From the NCBI GenBank assembly GCA_018649885.1, contig JABIHA010000058.1, positions 51,510-71,509 of the forward strand: DNA of 20,000 nucleotides, given 5' to 3'. Made by a program: the position numbers and the translations under genes. Below are positions 17,934 through 20,000 of this stretch, in pieces. The notes below the pieces were generated by a model that saw only the letters and a list, made by a program, of their open reading frames with translations, was not told the DNA's origin and did no database searches. The stretch is from Bacteriovoracaceae bacterium (lineage in GTDB: Bacteria > Bdellovibrionota > Bacteriovoracia > Bacteriovoracales > Bacteriovoracaceae). Numbering within the stretch: position 1 is the stretch's first letter; each line of letters opens with the position of its first letter.

Positions 17934-19917
17934 TTTCCATCCTTTCAATTTTAGATTTCTCTTCTTCAGTCAACAAAGGGAGGTGTATAGAAAACTTACT
18001 CCCCACACTTTCAGTAGAGCCAACTACGATTTCTCCATGGTGGTCCTTGATTATACCATCAGAAATCGATAATCCAAGGCCTGTACCTTTTCCAACATCT
18101 TTTGTTGTAAAAAATGGATCAAATACCTTTTTAAGTTTTTCTTTTGAGATGCCTGTCCCATTATCTTGGAAAGAGATAACCACTTTGTCGCTACAGATTT
18201 TTGTAGATACAATGATTTTTTTCTTTAAATTTTCATCAGCTAAGTCTAGTGCATCTCTGGCATTAGAAATTAAATTAACAAAGACCTGCTGTAAACGATT
18301 ACCATCACCTGCGATTTCAGGTTGCCCCTCACAAAGCTGTAAATCTGCAGCAATGCACTTCATTTTCAACTGCTCAGCGAACATTTCCATTGAACGCTCA
18401 ACAATTTCGTTAACTTTAACCAATTCAAATTTATTTTCAGACAGGCGAGAAAAATCTCTAAAATGAGAGATAATAGTATTCATTCTCTCCGCTCCGTAAC
18501 CGATTTCTCTTACAAGCTCAGAAATATCATCTTTCATGCTCTCTTCATTTTTCTCAAGGACCACCTTAATTCTATTATTAAATCCTTTTACGAATGAAAG
18601 CGGGTTGTTGAGTTCATGAGCTAATCCTGAGCTCATCTCTCCCAATGCTGCCAGTTTTGAAGATTGTATGGACTGGCCTTGTGCTAGTTTTAGCTCGGTG
18701 ATATCAAATCCATAAACTCCTATTACATTTTCCCCAAAAGGAACATATTCTAATCGAATGTTACGATTGGAGCGACTAATTTCATGTTGAAAAGTGGTTC
18801 CTGACTGAGTCACATTTCTTAATTTTTCCCTTGTTACATCTTTGCATAAATCAAACCAGCATTGCCCAACAAGCTTACTGTCATCAAAAAAGTTTTCTGC
18901 AGCTGAATTGGCCAGAGTAATTTCTCCATCTGTATTAAGTCTTATAACAGGAGCGGGGTTTTTTACTGGAAAATCCGTAAACTCTTCCAATACTTTTTGA
19001 GCAACTTGTAGCTCTCTGAGAATTTTAGAGTCCTTTGCATCTTTTGCGTAGATAATAACAGCTGTGGTTTCCCCACTTTCATCTCTCACAATACTACCTG
19101 AAACAAGTACTGGGACTTTTTCACAAGATTTGGTAATACAATAGGCGCGAATGTCTCTTGCACCACCTTTTTCAATGATATCGTAAAATCTTGCAAAATT
19201 ATCAATTTTTAATTTTTCGTCCTCTTCCTTAATAAGTGTTCCAATAGGTAGCCCTTCAATATCTCCTGCAGAGTACTTAGATAGTTCACTAACCTTTTTG
19301 TTAACCATTTTAATAGTGCCATCACAATTGAGAACAAAGAGCATTTCAGAAAGCGATTGAAGAATATCCTCGACATACTTCCTGGAGTGGCTTAGTGCTT
19401 TCTGGGCCTCTTCTAGTTCTGTGAAGTCAGATAAAAACCCTCCAAAAAGAATTTCACCATCATACTTAAAAGAATAAATATCAATTATTGCTGGAAATTT
19501 TTCTCCATTTTTTTTCAAGGCATTAACATGTCTTGAAGTGCCAATTATCTTAGCAACACCTGTTCTTAAATACTGTTTAATATATGAATCATGCTTTTCA
19601 GCATCAGGAGATGGCATTAATACACTTACATTCTGTCCAATCAGTTCATCTTTCGCATATCCAAATAATTCATCCGTCTTTGCATTTGCTGACTGAATAA
19701 TTCCACATGAATTAATAATAACTAGTGGATTTGGAATCATATTAAAAAATATCTCATGTTTGACTTGAATTTGATTAAGTTCTAAATCTAATTGTTTTTT
19801 TTCTAACTCCGATCTAAACCTAGCGGAAAATATTTTCAAACAAAGTCTATAAAAATTCTCCCAATGGACTAAAAGCCGTTCCGGCTTGGAGAATACCCCA
19901 TAGTCCCAGTCAGTCAA
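17923..19917 (-). CDS. Multi-PAS sensor histidine kinase with a FixL-like heme PAS
   Basis: PAS1 LFGY..DELIGQNVSVLMP....KHDSYIKQY..TG..KIIGTSR, plus two further PAS domains. H-box LAALGEMSSGLAHELNNPL, QVFVNLISNARDA, DNGTGI and FFTTKDVGKGTGLGL. The start is uncertain (TTG 19917, in-frame stop at 19936-19938). Confidence 0.9.
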   Translation of the reverse strand: MTDWDYGVFSKPERLLVHWENFYRLCLKIFSARFRSELEKKQLDLELNQIQVKHEIFFNMIPNPLVIINSCGIIQSANAKTDELFGYAKDELIGQNVSVLMPSPDAEKHDSYIKQYLRTGVAKIIGTSRHVNALKKNGEKFPAIIDIYSFKYDGEILFGGFLSDFTELEEAQKALSHSRKYVEDILQSLSEMLFVLNCDGTIKMVNKKVSELSKYSAGDIEGLPIGTLIKEEDEKLKIDNFARFYDIIEKGGARDIRAYCITKSCEKVPVLVSGSIVRDESGETTAVIIYAKDAKDSKILRELQVAQKVLEEFTDFPVKNPAPVIRLNTDGEITLANSAAENFFDDSKLVGQCWFDLCKDVTREKLRNVTQSGTTFQHEISRSNRNIRLEYVPFGENVIGVYGFDITELKLAQGQSIQSSKLAALGEMSSGLAHELNNPLSFVKGFNNRIKVVLEKNEESMKDDISELVREIGYGAERMNTIISHFRDFSRLSENKFELVKVNEIVERSMEMFAEQLKMKCIAADLQLCEGQPEIAGDGNRLQQVFVNLISNARDALDLADENLKKKIIVSTKICSDKVVISFQDNGTGISKEKLKKVFDPFFTTKDVGKGTGLGLSISDGIIKDHHGEIVVGSTESVGSKFSIHLPLLTEEEKSKIERMENAD

Positions 19918-19921
19918 GATG

Positions 19922-19999
19922 TTAATAAGTTCCCGTTATCACTCCTTTTTCACCATTCACCATTTCTCCCTGAAAATTTAGTCTTAACCAATTTTGTTC
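19922..19999 (-). CDS. Partial ORF entering from beyond the window (3' end of an upstream gene, or frameshifted N-terminal part of the kinase)
   Basis: The only minus-strand frame open from the window edge reads EQNWLRLNFQGEMVNGEKGVITGTY*, with TAA at 19922-19924. Confidence 0.4.
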   Translation of the reverse strand, partial: EQNWLRLNFQGEMVNGEKGVITGTY

Positions 20000-20000
20000 A

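Noticed and set aside
286..18466. Short alternative-frame and antisense ORFs (60-140 aa) in the ORF track
   Set aside because: They lie within or mostly overlap well-supported longer genes and show no recognisable motifs, so they are treated as shadow ORFs.
17923..19917. Assigning the gene symbol fixL
   Set aside because: Only one PAS is FixL-like. The overall architecture differs and the partner lacks the FixJ HTH.
1..20000. CRISPR array, tRNA/rRNA, IS, prophage or known defence system
   Set aside because: No regularly spaced DNA repeats, RNA gene signatures or transposase/integrase/nuclease motifs were seen. The repeats present are degenerate and at protein level only.

Overview
Gene-dense, AT-rich bacterial chromosomal DNA with about 13 CDSs plus one partial ORF at the right edge. 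I found no rRNA, tRNA, CRISPR array, transposase or integrase. The content suggests a Bdellovibrionota (Halobacteriovorax/Bacteriovorax-like) predator: large Cys/Thr-rich exported Ig-repeat proteins, small Cys-rich secreted orphans, NtrB-type kinases and a sigma28-like box. That taxonomy is inference only. In order: 3' part of a large Ig-repeat plus NHL-like propeller surface protein; LysR regulator divergent from a signal-peptide-bearing DUF952-like protein; an atypical Zn-finger SDR; a small 2xCxxC protein; an unassigned 387-aa His/Asp/Glu-motif protein; rluF; an orphan membrane histidine kinase; dbpA; a lipoprotein with two GLUG-type modules; a small secreted protein; a stand-alone receiver; and a three-PAS kinase with a FixL-type heme PAS and a possibly frameshifted N-terminus. 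No complete novel system can be demonstrated. The best leads are the unassigned 387-aa protein with its CxxC neighbour, the apparently secreted DUF952 protein, the SDR lacking its catalytic Tyr, and the heme-PAS kinase/receiver pair.
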